From an archaeon (GTDB lineage Archaea > Nanobdellota > Nanobdellia > Woesearchaeales > UBA9642), in assembly GCA_043806035.1 (NCBI GenBank), contig JAZDHK010000019.1:1-61921 (forward strand): a stretch of 61,921 nucleotides of DNA. The letters run 5' to 3'. Position numbers and translations under genes: made by a program. This document shows, piece by piece, positions 41,233 through 50,719 of this stretch. How positions within the stretch are numbered: position 1 is the first letter of the stretch; each line of letters begins with the position of its first letter. The notes below the pieces were generated by a model that was given only the letters and a program-made list of their open reading frames with translations, was not told the origin of the DNA and searched no databases.

Positions 41233-41732
41233 GCATTCTCGACCTGTATTTTTCCATCGTTATAATCGGCAAGGATGAGTTTGTCGAGCGGGGAGAAGAC
41301 CTCATCTAGTACTGCACGAGTGACTGATATATTTTTATCCTGTGCTCTCACCCATATGCCTCCTTTATAATGTGCCCAGCAATCAATACCATTAGTTGTT
41401 TTGCCGCGAGAGATGAAATATTCGTGATTGTACGAACCTGACGCGATAGACCACAGCGGCGTATCTTTCACGTTTGTTTTCGGGCAGGGAATGATGGTGA
41501 ACGGATGCCATTGTATCTTGTTTTTCCAAACTCTCTTTGTCTCCCGTTCGTACGCAGTAAGTGTCGCCCTTCCACGGACAGCATCATCTTCCCTATAGAG
41601 TTGGATTGTCTCGCCGACATAAACGACAGATTTCTCGTCCTCCTCGGTCACAAGAATGCTGCGGAATCCCTCCTTGATGGTCTCCACTCTTGATTCGATC
41701 GGGAGCACGTTCTTGAGAATTTTGAGGATCAT
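41229..41732 (-). CDS. Tandem paralog 4 (B type)
   Basis: YER..RVWK..HPF..CP..W..SG..YKGGI..EVFSPLD. Confidence 0.75.
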   Translation of the reverse strand: MILKILKNVLPIESRVETIKEGFRSILVTEEDEKSVVYVGETIQLYREDDAVRGRATLTAYERETKRVWKNKIQWHPFTIIPCPKTNVKDTPLWSIASGSYNHEYFISRGKTTNGIDCWAHYKGGIWVRAQDKNISVTRAVLDEVFSPLDKLILADYNDGKIQVENA

Positions 41733-42202
41733 TTGGTTAATACCTTCGTGTAGATGTCAAGCAGTTTCGCTTCAAGCGGGCCGAAGACAAGCTCGAAGAG
41801 CTCTACAGAAAGGTTGACGCCTGCGTTGGCCGCATCGATATTGATTTTGCTACGATATGACTCTCTGTCTTTGAGGTCATTTTGCATGATTCCTTCTCTG
41901 ACGAGACAGATATACTCAGCGCTGAAGCTTTGCACATTTCCTGCATTGAATGTCCAAATTCTGTTTTGTGATGCGGGAATGATAATCGTCTTATTTCCGC
42001 CAAAACGTTTCTTCTCATACGTTGCGTATTCGTGCTGCATTTCAAGCTTTCTCAAGCAGACTACGCCGTAGATGTTGCAGTCGCTTTGAAAGTGAGCTGC
42101 ATCGATACTGCCCCGATACAGAACATCTTTCTCCTTCCCGGGAATGACGAAGTCATTGCAAAGGTTTTTCATGTCCAGTTTGGTTTCAAAGCCATCTTTC
42201 AT
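41729..42202 (-). CDS. Tandem paralog 3 (A type)
   Basis: LRK.E..EKK.FG..IP..Q..IW.F..G.MQN..SYR..VFGPLE. Confidence 0.75.
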   Translation of the reverse strand: MKDGFETKLDMKNLCNDFVIPGKEKDVLYRGSIDAAHFQSDCNIYGVVCLRKLEMQHEYATYEKKRFGGNKTIIIPASQNRIWTFNAGNVQSFSAEYICLVREGIMQNDLKDRESYRSKINIDAANAGVNLSVELFELVFGPLEAKLLDIYTKVLTK

Positions 42203-42223
42203 GTGTTCTCCTCCTAAGCTGCA

Positions 42224-42766
42224 TTATGTTCTAAGAATCCGCAAGTTGTCCATTAGGTACAGGCCGTTCCACACCACGGGCTTGCCCTCGTATATCCTTA
42301 AAAGCACGTCATCAATCGGTCCGAACACCTCTTCGAAGAGCTGCGGGGAAATGCCTGTGCCTTTTTCTTTTGCATGGAGACGTATGCCTCCTCTGTATTC
42401 GTAGTAGCGATCGTTGCCTATTACGGGTGTACTGTCGTGAATGAATACTGCACTGGGTCCTGATGAGAACGACCACACCTGCTCATCAGTTATCTTTTTT
42501 GTTGGACACGAGAGCATTTTGAAAGGAAACAAGCTGTATCTCGTCTTCCAGAGCAGTCTCTCTGTGCGCTCGTATTTTGCTAATATCGCCTGTCCAAAAA
42601 CAACTCTCGGAAATAGCCTGCTGCTGTGCAGAGAACATGCTCTTCCCTGATAGGCATAATTCTTTCCTTCTTCCTTCACGATAATGGCATTGCTTATCTC
42701 TTCAAGCAGGCCGGGATGCTTTGCATTCGTGACGATGCCCAGTTCAAGCGTTATCGGGTGTTTCAT
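42224..42766 (-). CDS. Tandem paralog 2 (B type)
   Basis: YER..LWK..FPF..CP..W..SG..YRGGI..EVFGPID. Confidence 0.75.
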   Translation of the reverse strand: MKHPITLELGIVTNAKHPGLLEEISNAIIVKEEGKNYAYQGRACSLHSSRLFPRVVFGQAILAKYERTERLLWKTRYSLFPFKMLSCPTKKITDEQVWSFSSGPSAVFIHDSTPVIGNDRYYEYRGGIRLHAKEKGTGISPQLFEEVFGPIDDVLLRIYEGKPVVWNGLYLMDNLRILRT

Positions 42767-43241
42767 GGTCGTCCTTCTTCATGGCAGCATTGTATGTTGC
42801 TACTAATCGTTCTTCGAGCGGATGAAAGACTTGGTCGAACAATGCAGCAGAAATGTTGATGCCCTTGTTGAGAGCAGATATGTTCAGTATACCTCTATAG
42901 GAACCAGGTTCGTAACCATTCTGCATCTTGCCACGCTCTATAATGCGCGTGGTCGACCGGTTTTTGTTATACTCCTCCGTATCAAACACCCAGATAGTCC
43001 GTTGTGCATCGGGAATGTACTTGGTCCTTGTGCCGAAGATGGTTTTCTTTTTCTCAACAAGTGTTTCATGATGCTCGTCTTTGCGGAGCACGACCCTGCC
43101 ATACAGACCATCCTCTTTAAATCGTAGATTTGTCATGGTGCCTGTATAGATGATCTTCTTATCTTTGCCGTCGGCGACCAATGTGTTCGTTAAATCTTCC
43201 AACTGTAATGTGCTTTCCAGCAATACTGAGACTTCTGTCAT
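42744..43241 (-). CDS. Tandem paralog 1 (A type)
   Basis: LRK.E..EKK..FG..IP..Q..IW.F..G.MQN..SYRG..VFHPLE. Confidence 0.75.
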   Translation of the reverse strand: MTEVSVLLESTLQLEDLTNTLVADGKDKKIIYTGTMTNLRFKEDGLYGRVVLRKDEHHETLVEKKKTIFGTRTKYIPDAQRTIWVFDTEEYNKNRSTTRIIERGKMQNGYEPGSYRGILNISALNKGINISAALFDQVFHPLEERLVATYNAAMKKDDHETPDNA

Positions 43242-43340
43242 GCTTCTTCACCGACAGAGAGGAATACCCTCACATTTAAATAGGTTTTCGTTTATTACCA
43301 CTGTTCAGTTAATATTATGTGGTGTTGTGCAACATCCTGA

Positions 43341-43511
43341 TTGACGCTAGTCTACACAAGTGTTGCAGTCACGAAATCTCACCCCAACACAGCACTCGAG
43401 AAGTACATTGCGCGTGCTACCGAGCTTGGCTATTCTCACGAGGAAATAACCAGGATGCTGCTCGATGTTGGGTGGAAACGGGAAGACATCGACAACGCCT
43501 ACAGATCATGA
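43341..43511 (+). pseudogene. Short ORF or gene remnant with a YI..GYS.EEI..L..GW..DI..A helical motif
   Basis: Translates ..LEKYIARATELGYSHEEITRMLLDVGWKREDIDNAYRS*; weak TTG start. Confidence 0.5.
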
Positions 43512-43939
43512 AATGCTTTCGCCAGTTTCTTGCTTAAGGCAACAAATTTTTTTTCACTCAGTTTCTTCTCCTTCCAGACCTCAATACGAATACCATCTCC
43601 CCTGTTACGTGGTATGATATGGAAGTGGACGTGCGGAATGCATTGGCCTGCAGCACTGCCGTTATTGAGAAGGATGTTGCTGCCCGGATGGCTTTTTTTG
43701 AGTACCGCACAGGCAAGCCGCACTTCCTGCGCGAGCACGGCAAGCAGTCTTGGAGGAATGTCCGTGATGTTGTTGTAATGCTTCTTGGGAATGACAAGCA
43801 TGTGCCCATCCTCCCTGGCAGGAAATGCCGTAGCGAGAAACGTGAGTGTTTTTTCCGTTTCTCGCAAGGGAATGAAGGGGAATCCGTTGGTGTTCTTCTT
43901 TCTCTTTCCGCTGGCGAATGCGCAAAAGACACAAGGCAT
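43499..43939 (-). CDS. HIT family hydrolase
   Basis: CVFC, GHMLVIPKKH, AGQCIPHVHFHIIPR. Confidence 0.95.
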   Translation of the reverse strand: MPCVFCAFASGKRKKNTNGFPFIPLRETEKTLTFLATAFPAREDGHMLVIPKKHYNNITDIPPRLLAVLAQEVRLACAVLKKSHPGSNILLNNGSAAGQCIPHVHFHIIPRNRGDGIRIEVWKEKKLSEKKFVALSKKLAKAFHDL

Positions 43940-44118
43940 GCATATTCTGGCAAACGCGTGTTTATAATTCTTTTGGCGAGTTTCGCATCCCCTAGCGGAG
44001 CAATCGCTCGTGTACAGCAGCTACTCCCTCTGCAATGCAGAGTGTAATGCGAGGAGATAATGGGGCTGTAGCTGCACGTTTCCGTTATTTTTTTAAAGGA
44101 GAGGACTACTGCACATGC

Positions 44119-45573
44119 ATGGCTGAGGAAAAGAAGCACCAACTGGGCATCCAAGTCGACAAGGATGAGGACATCCAGAAGTGGTACACGGACATCATCG
44201 GCAAGACGAACCTTATCGAGTACACGGACGTGTCTGGTTGCTACATCCTCAAGCCCAAAGCTCAGTTCATGTGGGACACCATACACACAGCCATGGACGT
44301 GCTGCTCGCAAAGCGTGGCGTCAAGAACGCCAGCTTCCCCCTGCTCATCCCGGAAAGCCTCTTGCTCAAGGAGAAGGAACATGTCGAGGGATTCGCTCCG
44401 GAAGTCGCCTGGGTAACGGAAGGCGGGTCTACAAAGCTCAGCGAGCGCCTCGCCATACGCCCAACGTCAGAAACAATCATGTATCCTGCCTATGCAAAAT
44501 GGATACGCTCCCATAAGGATTTGCCGCTCAAAATCAATCAGTGGTGCTCTGTCGTCCGTTGGGAGTTCAAGAATCCCGTGCCGTTCTTGCGGAGCAGGGA
44601 ATTCCATTGGCAGGAAGGCCACACGGTCTTTGCGACGAAGGCAGAAGCGGACAAGGAGACAAAAGACATTCTTGTTAATGTGTACAAGCGCATCTATGAG
44701 AAATTGCTGGCAATCCCCTGCATGGTGGGAAGAAAAAGTACGAAGGAGAAGTTTGCTGGAGCGGACTACACGAATTCCTGCGAAATCTTCCTACCTATAG
44801 GGAAAGCGATCCAGGGCTGCACGACACACTGTCTCGGCCAGAACTTCGCAAAAGCGTTCAACATCACGTTCATGGACAAGGACCAGCAGCAAAAGCATGC
44901 CTGGCAGAACTCCTGGGGGTTCTCGACGAGAAGCCTGGGCATCGTCATCATGATGCACTCTGACAGCAAGGGCCTGGTCATCCCCCCACGGATAGCAGAG
45001 CATAAGATCATCGTCATCCCCATACTCTCGAAAGAGGACAACGCACCCGTCCTTGCCTATGCGAAAGAAGTGATGAAAGCACTGCGGACGTTTAGCCCGT
45101 TGCTCGACGAACGTATCGACTACAGCGTTGGCTACAAATTCAATGACGCAGAGCTCAACGGCTATCCCATCCGCATTGAGCTTGGCAAGAAGGAATGTGC
45201 AGAACGGAGCCTGACGGTTATCCGACGGGACACGCTGGAGAAGCAACAGATTTCTTTCGTCGGAGCGAAGAAGACAATAGCTCGACTGCTTGACGACATC
45301 CATGATGCCATGTTCACCAAGGCAAAGGCGTTCTTGGAAGGGAGCATTGTAGAAGAATATCAGGATGCGGAGAAGATTGCCCTGCTCGTGAAGGACAAGA
45401 AGATCGTCAAGACGTACTTTTCTGACAGCCCAGAGACCGACGAACTCATTAAAGAAAAGACGGGTGCAAAGACCCTCAACATCCCGTTCAATGAAAAGAT
45501 TCCTGCAGGAGCAACCTGTCCTTTCTCAGGAAAGCCTGCAACGAACATCGTCTTCGTCGCGAAGTCACTCTAG
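44119..45573 (+). CDS. proS: Proline--tRNA ligase (archaeal/eukaryal type)
   Basis: HVEGFAPEVAWVT, RPTSET, RWE..PFLRSREFHWQEGHT, GQNFAKAF. Confidence 0.97.
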   Translation: MAEEKKHQLGIQVDKDEDIQKWYTDIIGKTNLIEYTDVSGCYILKPKAQFMWDTIHTAMDVLLAKRGVKNASFPLLIPESLLLKEKEHVEGFAPEVAWVTEGGSTKLSERLAIRPTSETIMYPAYAKWIRSHKDLPLKINQWCSVVRWEFKNPVPFLRSREFHWQEGHTVFATKAEADKETKDILVNVYKRIYEKLLAIPCMVGRKSTKEKFAGADYTNSCEIFLPIGKAIQGCTTHCLGQNFAKAFNITFMDKDQQQKHAWQNSWGFSTRSLGIVIMMHSDSKGLVIPPRIAEHKIIVIPILSKEDNAPVLAYAKEVMKALRTFSPLLDERIDYSVGYKFNDAELNGYPIRIELGKKECAERSLTVIRRDTLEKQQISFVGAKKTIARLLDDIHDAMFTKAKAFLEGSIVEEYQDAEKIALLVKDKKIVKTYFSDSPETDELIKEKTGAKTLNIPFNEKIPAGATCPFSGKPATNIVFVAKSL

Positions 45574-46424
45574 GATTTCGGCTCGACATGGATGGTTATG
45601 TCCTTGACGTTCCTGTTCGCAGCCATGATCTTTCTTTTGACATCCATGGATAGTGCGTGTGCTTTCTTTATGCTGTATCGTGAGTTCACCTGAATGTGCA
45701 CTTCAGCAAATATCTTGTTGCCTGCACGCCTTGCTTTGAGCTTGTGATACGTTATCCCTCTGTATGTCTTAAGTATGGCGCGCATCTCCTCCATGGCCGT
45801 GTTTGTTGGCGTGTAGTCCATGAAGACATAGAACGCCTCCTTCATGAGATGCACGGAGATGTAGATCATGATCGCTGCAACGGCGTATGCGGCAAGGACG
45901 TCGCCAAGCGGCCAGCCCAGCCAGGCGAGGAACAAGCCGATGAGGACAGCTATGCTTCCGAGAACGTCTGTCGTAAAGTGTGCACTATCTGCTTCGAGCG
46001 CATGGCTTCCCCCTTCTTGCGCAGCGATTTTAGCGAGGTATTTTGAGGTGAACAACGTTATGGGGATGGTGAGTATCATGAGTGCTATGCCTATCTCAGA
46101 ATTCTTGACAATGACGGGATGAAGGAGTTTCTCCGTCGCCTCGTAGATGATGAAAAGCGCAGTGAGGATGATGAAGAGCGCCTGTAACAGAGAACTGAGA
46201 CTTTCGTACTTGTCATGACCGTACAAGTGCGTGTCGTCAGATGGCTTCTCTGCCATCCTGATGCCGAAATAGGCGAGCAGACTCGAGAACAAATCAAAAA
46301 GAGAATGCGCACTCTCCGCAAACAAGCCGACGCTTCTCGTGAGGATTGCCGCGACGATTTTGCTCAACAACAGCCCTACGTTGACAGAGATGGAGAGCGA
46401 TGCAGCTTTCAGCTTGGTTGCCAC
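45570..46424 (-). CDS. Cation diffusion facilitator (FieF-like)
   Basis: HSLFD, H.YGH.KYE, ADSAHFTTD, IHVEP. Confidence 0.93.
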   Translation of the reverse strand: MATKLKAASLSISVNVGLLLSKIVAAILTRSVGLFAESAHSLFDLFSSLLAYFGIRMAEKPSDDTHLYGHDKYESLSSLLQALFIILTALFIIYEATEKLLHPVIVKNSEIGIALMILTIPITLFTSKYLAKIAAQEGGSHALEADSAHFTTDVLGSIAVLIGLFLAWLGWPLGDVLAAYAVAAIMIYISVHLMKEAFYVFMDYTPTNTAMEEMRAILKTYRGITYHKLKARRAGNKIFAEVHIQVNSRYSIKKAHALSMDVKRKIMAANRNVKDITIHVEPKS

Positions 46425-46542
46425 GTCTTTTTGCTGGTTTCATGGTTTATTAATGTTTAGGAAACAGTTCTTGAGAAGGACTGGAAAAGCAATAGGTATA
46501 AATAGTCAAGAACAAATAACTACTAAGATTGCCGGGGGTAAC

Positions 46543-47403
46543 ATGTCTGATTATTTTAAGCAGCTTTTTGACCAAGCGCCCGTAGCCTATCAGAGCCTGG
46601 ATGCTGCAGGTTGTTTCTTGGATGTCAATAAGACCTGGCTCGACATTCTCGGTTACAAAAAAGAAGAGGTCATTGGAAAATGGTTCGGCGACTTCATTTC
46701 TCCTCGTCTCGTTGACGCATTCCGGGAACGATTCTCACGATTCAAAAAGAACGGAGAAGTTGAAGTGGATGTTGAGGTAAAGTGCAAGAACGGCACGTTA
46801 CGAACAGTGCACTTTATCGGAAAGGTAGGACATGATGAACACGGAAAGTTCAAGCAGACGCACTGCGTCTTCTTCGACATGACAGAACAGAAGAAGAAAG
46901 AGCAAGCCCTGATAGAGAGCGAGAAAAAGTATCGTACTATTGTCGAGACTGTGGCGGAAGGCGTGTGGGTCATCGATGAGAACGCAAACACAACGTTCGT
47001 GAATACGAAGATGGCAGTCATGCTCGGCTACACATACGAAGAAATGATGGGCAAACCGTTGTTCTCATTCATGGACGATCTTGCGAAAAAGGACGCAGAA
47101 TATTACTTTGAACGAAGGCGTCAAGGGATTGCAGAACAGCACGACTTTCGATTCAAGCACAAGAACGGCAAAGATGTCTGGACAATACTAAATACGAATC
47201 CTCTCTTCGACGACTCAGGAAATTTTCTTGGGGCGCTCGGCATGATAACTAACATAACAGAGCGCAAGCGTGCAGAACGGGAGATGCAGCAGAAGAATGA
47301 AGAACTCACTCGCTTCAACAAGCTAATCATCAACAGAGAGCTGAAGATGATCGAGCTGAAGGACAGAATACGTGAACTCGAACGGCAACTAGGCCAGCGA
47401 TAA
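46543..47403 (+). CDS. Tandem PAS/PAC protein with coiled-coil tail and no output domain
   Basis: Two PAS-PAC units (LGYKKEEVIGK; LGYTYEEMMGK..NITERK); ends RELKMIELK. Confidence 0.88.
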   Translation: MSDYFKQLFDQAPVAYQSLDAAGCFLDVNKTWLDILGYKKEEVIGKWFGDFISPRLVDAFRERFSRFKKNGEVEVDVEVKCKNGTLRTVHFIGKVGHDEHGKFKQTHCVFFDMTEQKKKEQALIESEKKYRTIVETVAEGVWVIDENANTTFVNTKMAVMLGYTYEEMMGKPLFSFMDDLAKKDAEYYFERRRQGIAEQHDFRFKHKNGKDVWTILNTNPLFDDSGNFLGALGMITNITERKRAEREMQQKNEELTRFNKLIINRELKMIELKDRIRELERQLGQR

Positions 47404-47415
47404 TCCAGAGCACGT

Positions 47416-47781
47416 CTAGTGCAATTTGTACTCGACAGGGATGAACACGGTAGACTCCACGGGATTTCCTTGGTGCATGGCTGGACTGAACACGTATTGG
47501 CAGGCGCAATCCATCGCCGAACTATCCAGGTCAGCCCTTCCTGATGACTCTTCGATAGAGACATCCGTCACTATGCCGTTCGTGTCGATAAGCGCGCACA
47601 CCACAACCCTGCCTTCCACATTTTCTTCAAGAGCACTTCTCGGATACGTGCACTCCACACTCGTCAGTAGTTGCGGAGCGGGCTCATACGTTGTCAGTTC
47701 ATGGCCTGCCTGCTGCGCATACGCGCCCATCGCGGTTATGCCAGCAAGCATACCACCAACCAAGACATCAAGCATCTTCAT
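47416..47781 (-). CDS. Secreted TonB C-terminal domain protein
   Basis: YPRSALEENVEGRVVV..IDTNG.V....ESSG..LD..A......FSPA...G.PV....PVEY; signal peptide AYA|Q. Confidence 0.88.
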   Translation of the reverse strand: MKMLDVLVGGMLAGITAMGAYAQQAGHELTTYEPAPQLLTSVECTYPRSALEENVEGRVVVCALIDTNGIVTDVSIEESSGRADLDSSAMDCACQYVFSPAMHQGNPVESTVFIPVEYKLH

Positions 47782-47871
47782 GTTCTCACCACAAAAAATC
47801 TAGGGAAGGGGAAATAAAAAACTATCGTTTTAGGACTCGTTTCGCATGCATACGTAGACGTATTGCACACA

Positions 47872-48882
47872 TTAGACAACACGATTGATACTGCCGCGAC
47901 TCCGACATAACAGGTGCCTCAACACATCGGATGGTGATTCATTCAAGTACACGATGCGATAAATGGCATCAACACACGGCGCATCAATGTGGTTTTCGTC
48001 AGTAATGCGCTTTGCTGCCTGAATGGTATAATACCCTTCCACGGTCTTGTGTTCTTCCTGCATTCTCTGCAAGACCTCCACAGGCTTGTCCGCACAAATT
48101 CGTCGGCCATATTCGCGGTTTCTTGTCGGTCCAAAGGAGGACAGCATGATGTCACCCCAGACAGACGCACTTCCTGGAAGAAACGTGTCATCGTTCGCAC
48201 CAAGCGCCTTTGCAATCTTATAGATATCCCGCGTCGCACGCGTGATGAATGACGCTTGGGTGCCAATCTCGTAACCCAAGCCTTCACAAATACCTGCACC
48301 GAGCGACACCACATTCTTGAGAGCACTCGCAAGTTCAACTGAGATGATATCGGGATTCGTGTACATGCGCAGCGTCGTGCTGTGAAAAAGGTCTGCAACG
48401 CGCTCCCGTGTCGTAGCGTCTGTACTGGCAACTTCCGCTATCAAAGGAACTCCTCTCACGATATCAGCGGCTACAGTCCCTCCAGCGAACACAGCCACAC
48501 GTGCATCTCGCAATTCTTCTTCAACAACCTGACTTAGGCGTTTGTTCGTTCCCAACTCAAGACCCTTGGAAACAATGATCATTGTCTGCCCGTGGTAGTA
48601 GGGTGCCAATTCACGCGAGGCTCTCCGAATTTCCTGCGCGGGAACTCCGAGGATGACATACTGTCGTCCCTCGAGCAAGTCCTGCAAATTTGTTGCGGCA
48701 TCCATGCGCGAACTGAAGGTAATGTCTGGAAAGTGAAAAGGATGACGATTATGCGTGTGCATATACTCGCGGATCTCCTGCCGTATATCCCAGCAGCGCA
48801 TATCCGCTAACTTTACACGGTCGAAATATGCAGCAAACGCCGTATTGAACGCACCAAAACCGCAGAAGGCAATCCTCTCCAT
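47872..48882 (-). CDS. gpsA: NAD(P)H-dependent glycerol-3-phosphate dehydrogenase
   Basis: GFGAF, VSKGLE, ALKNV..GAG, GD....TRNREYG, TVEGY. Confidence 0.88.
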   Translation of the reverse strand: MERIAFCGFGAFNTAFAAYFDRVKLADMRCWDIRQEIREYMHTHNRHPFHFPDITFSSRMDAATNLQDLLEGRQYVILGVPAQEIRRASRELAPYYHGQTMIIVSKGLELGTNKRLSQVVEEELRDARVAVFAGGTVAADIVRGVPLIAEVASTDATTRERVADLFHSTTLRMYTNPDIISVELASALKNVVSLGAGICEGLGYEIGTQASFITRATRDIYKIAKALGANDDTFLPGSASVWGDIMLSSFGPTRNREYGRRICADKPVEVLQRMQEEHKTVEGYYTIQAAKRITDENHIDAPCVDAIYRIVYLNESPSDVLRHLLCRSRGSINRVV

Positions 48883-49043
48883 ACGGTAGGAAATGCATGA
48901 GGTGTATATATGATTTGCGAGTCAGGGATTACGTTGACGCCTCACGACGCAAAAAACGCCGTGTGCAGTATTGATGTTCCGTGTCTTATTTCTCACGATG
49001 TGCCGAAAGATTTATAAATAAGTATTTACTTCTTGGTGGTAAC

Positions 49044-50318
49044 ATGGACATCTCGCAAATTATCGAGGTCATAAAGCATCCAGGTATCGCCCACCTGCAG
49101 ACGTACATCCTTGCAGGAATAGGCATGGTTATCAGTGCGACGGGATCAATCCTGCACGAAAGGGAACAGGCAAAGACCATTCCCCTCGCGTATGCAGAGA
49201 TAGAGACCATCCAAAAACAGCTACACGAAGAGAAGCCACTCACCCAAATGCTTGCATGCACAAACGACTTCTGTATGAATATTTTCGAGGCGTATAATGC
49301 TTCACACAACAAAACGCAATTCCTTCAAAATGGATTTGGCGAATCCCTCCGTGAACGAACTTCTGACTATCAAGGCCAGCTTGGCATACGCACCTTAGCA
49401 ACCGAAGCCGTACGCTATGCAAAAGAAGTCAAAGAAAAGCTGACAACGCATATTGCCGCAATAAAAATGCTTGAAGAAGCCATCAGTAACTTCGATGATG
49501 CCTGGGATGAATCACACATTGATCACTACCGTACAGAAATCTATTGGGACACGGAAGTATACACCGACAGCCAAGGACATACGCAAACACGACAAGTGAT
49601 GCGCACCCGACAAGTATATGATCACACCACGCACACATACGAATACAACCCTGATGCAGGAATACGCGCAGCAACTAGCATGCATGAACTCCTCACGAAC
49701 ATTCCCAAGCTCAATCCTTTCGAAACCATCGAGACGGCAGCGAGCATGAGCGAGCACGGAAGAATAGCAGCCAGCCGCAGCAGAAAGAAAGCACTGCTCC
49801 TCCCTGAAGAATGTGAACACATAAGCACATTATGGAAGGAAGGAACTGCACATGATGATCACCTTGATGCCGTTGTTGGCAGTTATGCAACGTTGCCCGA
49901 CCTAACCGCTGTATGGGATGAAGAAGAAGTAAATGCAAAACCACACTACTGCTACGACACCTACTCATCGTACGACGATGGACCCGAACCATACCGTGCA
50001 GCAAAGCACGTGCAAGCAACAGCAGAGGATATCACCGAAAAGATAGGATCCCTGCTCAGCGATATTGAGCTGATCACCAATCGCATTCCCAAACTGCAGG
50101 AAAACATAGAAAAGTATGTACTCATGATACAACAGCCGAAAGAGCTCAAGAAACTACGCAAGGAAATCATGCATGATGCCAAGGACGTGTACACCACCGT
50201 GTTCAGCCAAGGCATTGATGTCGACAGGTTCAAGGAATGGCACGTCGGCCTCTGGACCCTTCTCGGCACGACGGCAGGAGCCGGTCTTGGAGTATTGGGC
50301 GAATACCTCCTGCAATAA
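49044..50318 (+). CDS. Hypothetical membrane-anchored protein
   Basis: N- and C-terminal hydrophobic segments, central YTDSQGHTQTR hairpin motif. Confidence 0.75.
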   Translation: MDISQIIEVIKHPGIAHLQTYILAGIGMVISATGSILHEREQAKTIPLAYAEIETIQKQLHEEKPLTQMLACTNDFCMNIFEAYNASHNKTQFLQNGFGESLRERTSDYQGQLGIRTLATEAVRYAKEVKEKLTTHIAAIKMLEEAISNFDDAWDESHIDHYRTEIYWDTEVYTDSQGHTQTRQVMRTRQVYDHTTHTYEYNPDAGIRAATSMHELLTNIPKLNPFETIETAASMSEHGRIAASRSRKKALLLPEECEHISTLWKEGTAHDDHLDAVVGSYATLPDLTAVWDEEEVNAKPHYCYDTYSSYDDGPEPYRAAKHVQATAEDITEKIGSLLSDIELITNRIPKLQENIEKYVLMIQQPKELKKLRKEIMHDAKDVYTTVFSQGIDVDRFKEWHVGLWTLLGTTAGAGLGVLGEYLLQ

Positions 50319-50719
50319 GTACGCCATTCTGCAAGCACTAAACATGACGAATAATGATGATTTGCCATATACGTGTTTCGCTGTAAACTCGGAAAAAAAG
50401 CGGCGAATATGCGTTGTGCGTTTATTCCTGTTAAACTCAATAAAAAAAATCGGCTAAATGTAGAATTGATTTGAGAATTAGAACGTAAATTTCAATACCT
50501 TTTTCTGATTTCTTGCATCAACATAGGATAAAACGAGTTTGAATAATTCCATCAGAATTTAATTCTTCCATTCTTAACTGAAAATCTTCTCTTTTCATTC
50601 TGCCGTAGTTTTGCGGACATCTGTAGTGAGTAATATCTTCCATAACTGCAAGTAATGATTTTCTCTCTGAATCACGAAAATGCGAAATATTTATACACTA
50701 TTCGCAATTACATACACTT

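Noticed and set aside
50340-50700. AT-rich stretch with short minus-strand frames
   Set aside because: It may be a decayed gene at the island edge, but there is no recognisable product and no repeat copy.
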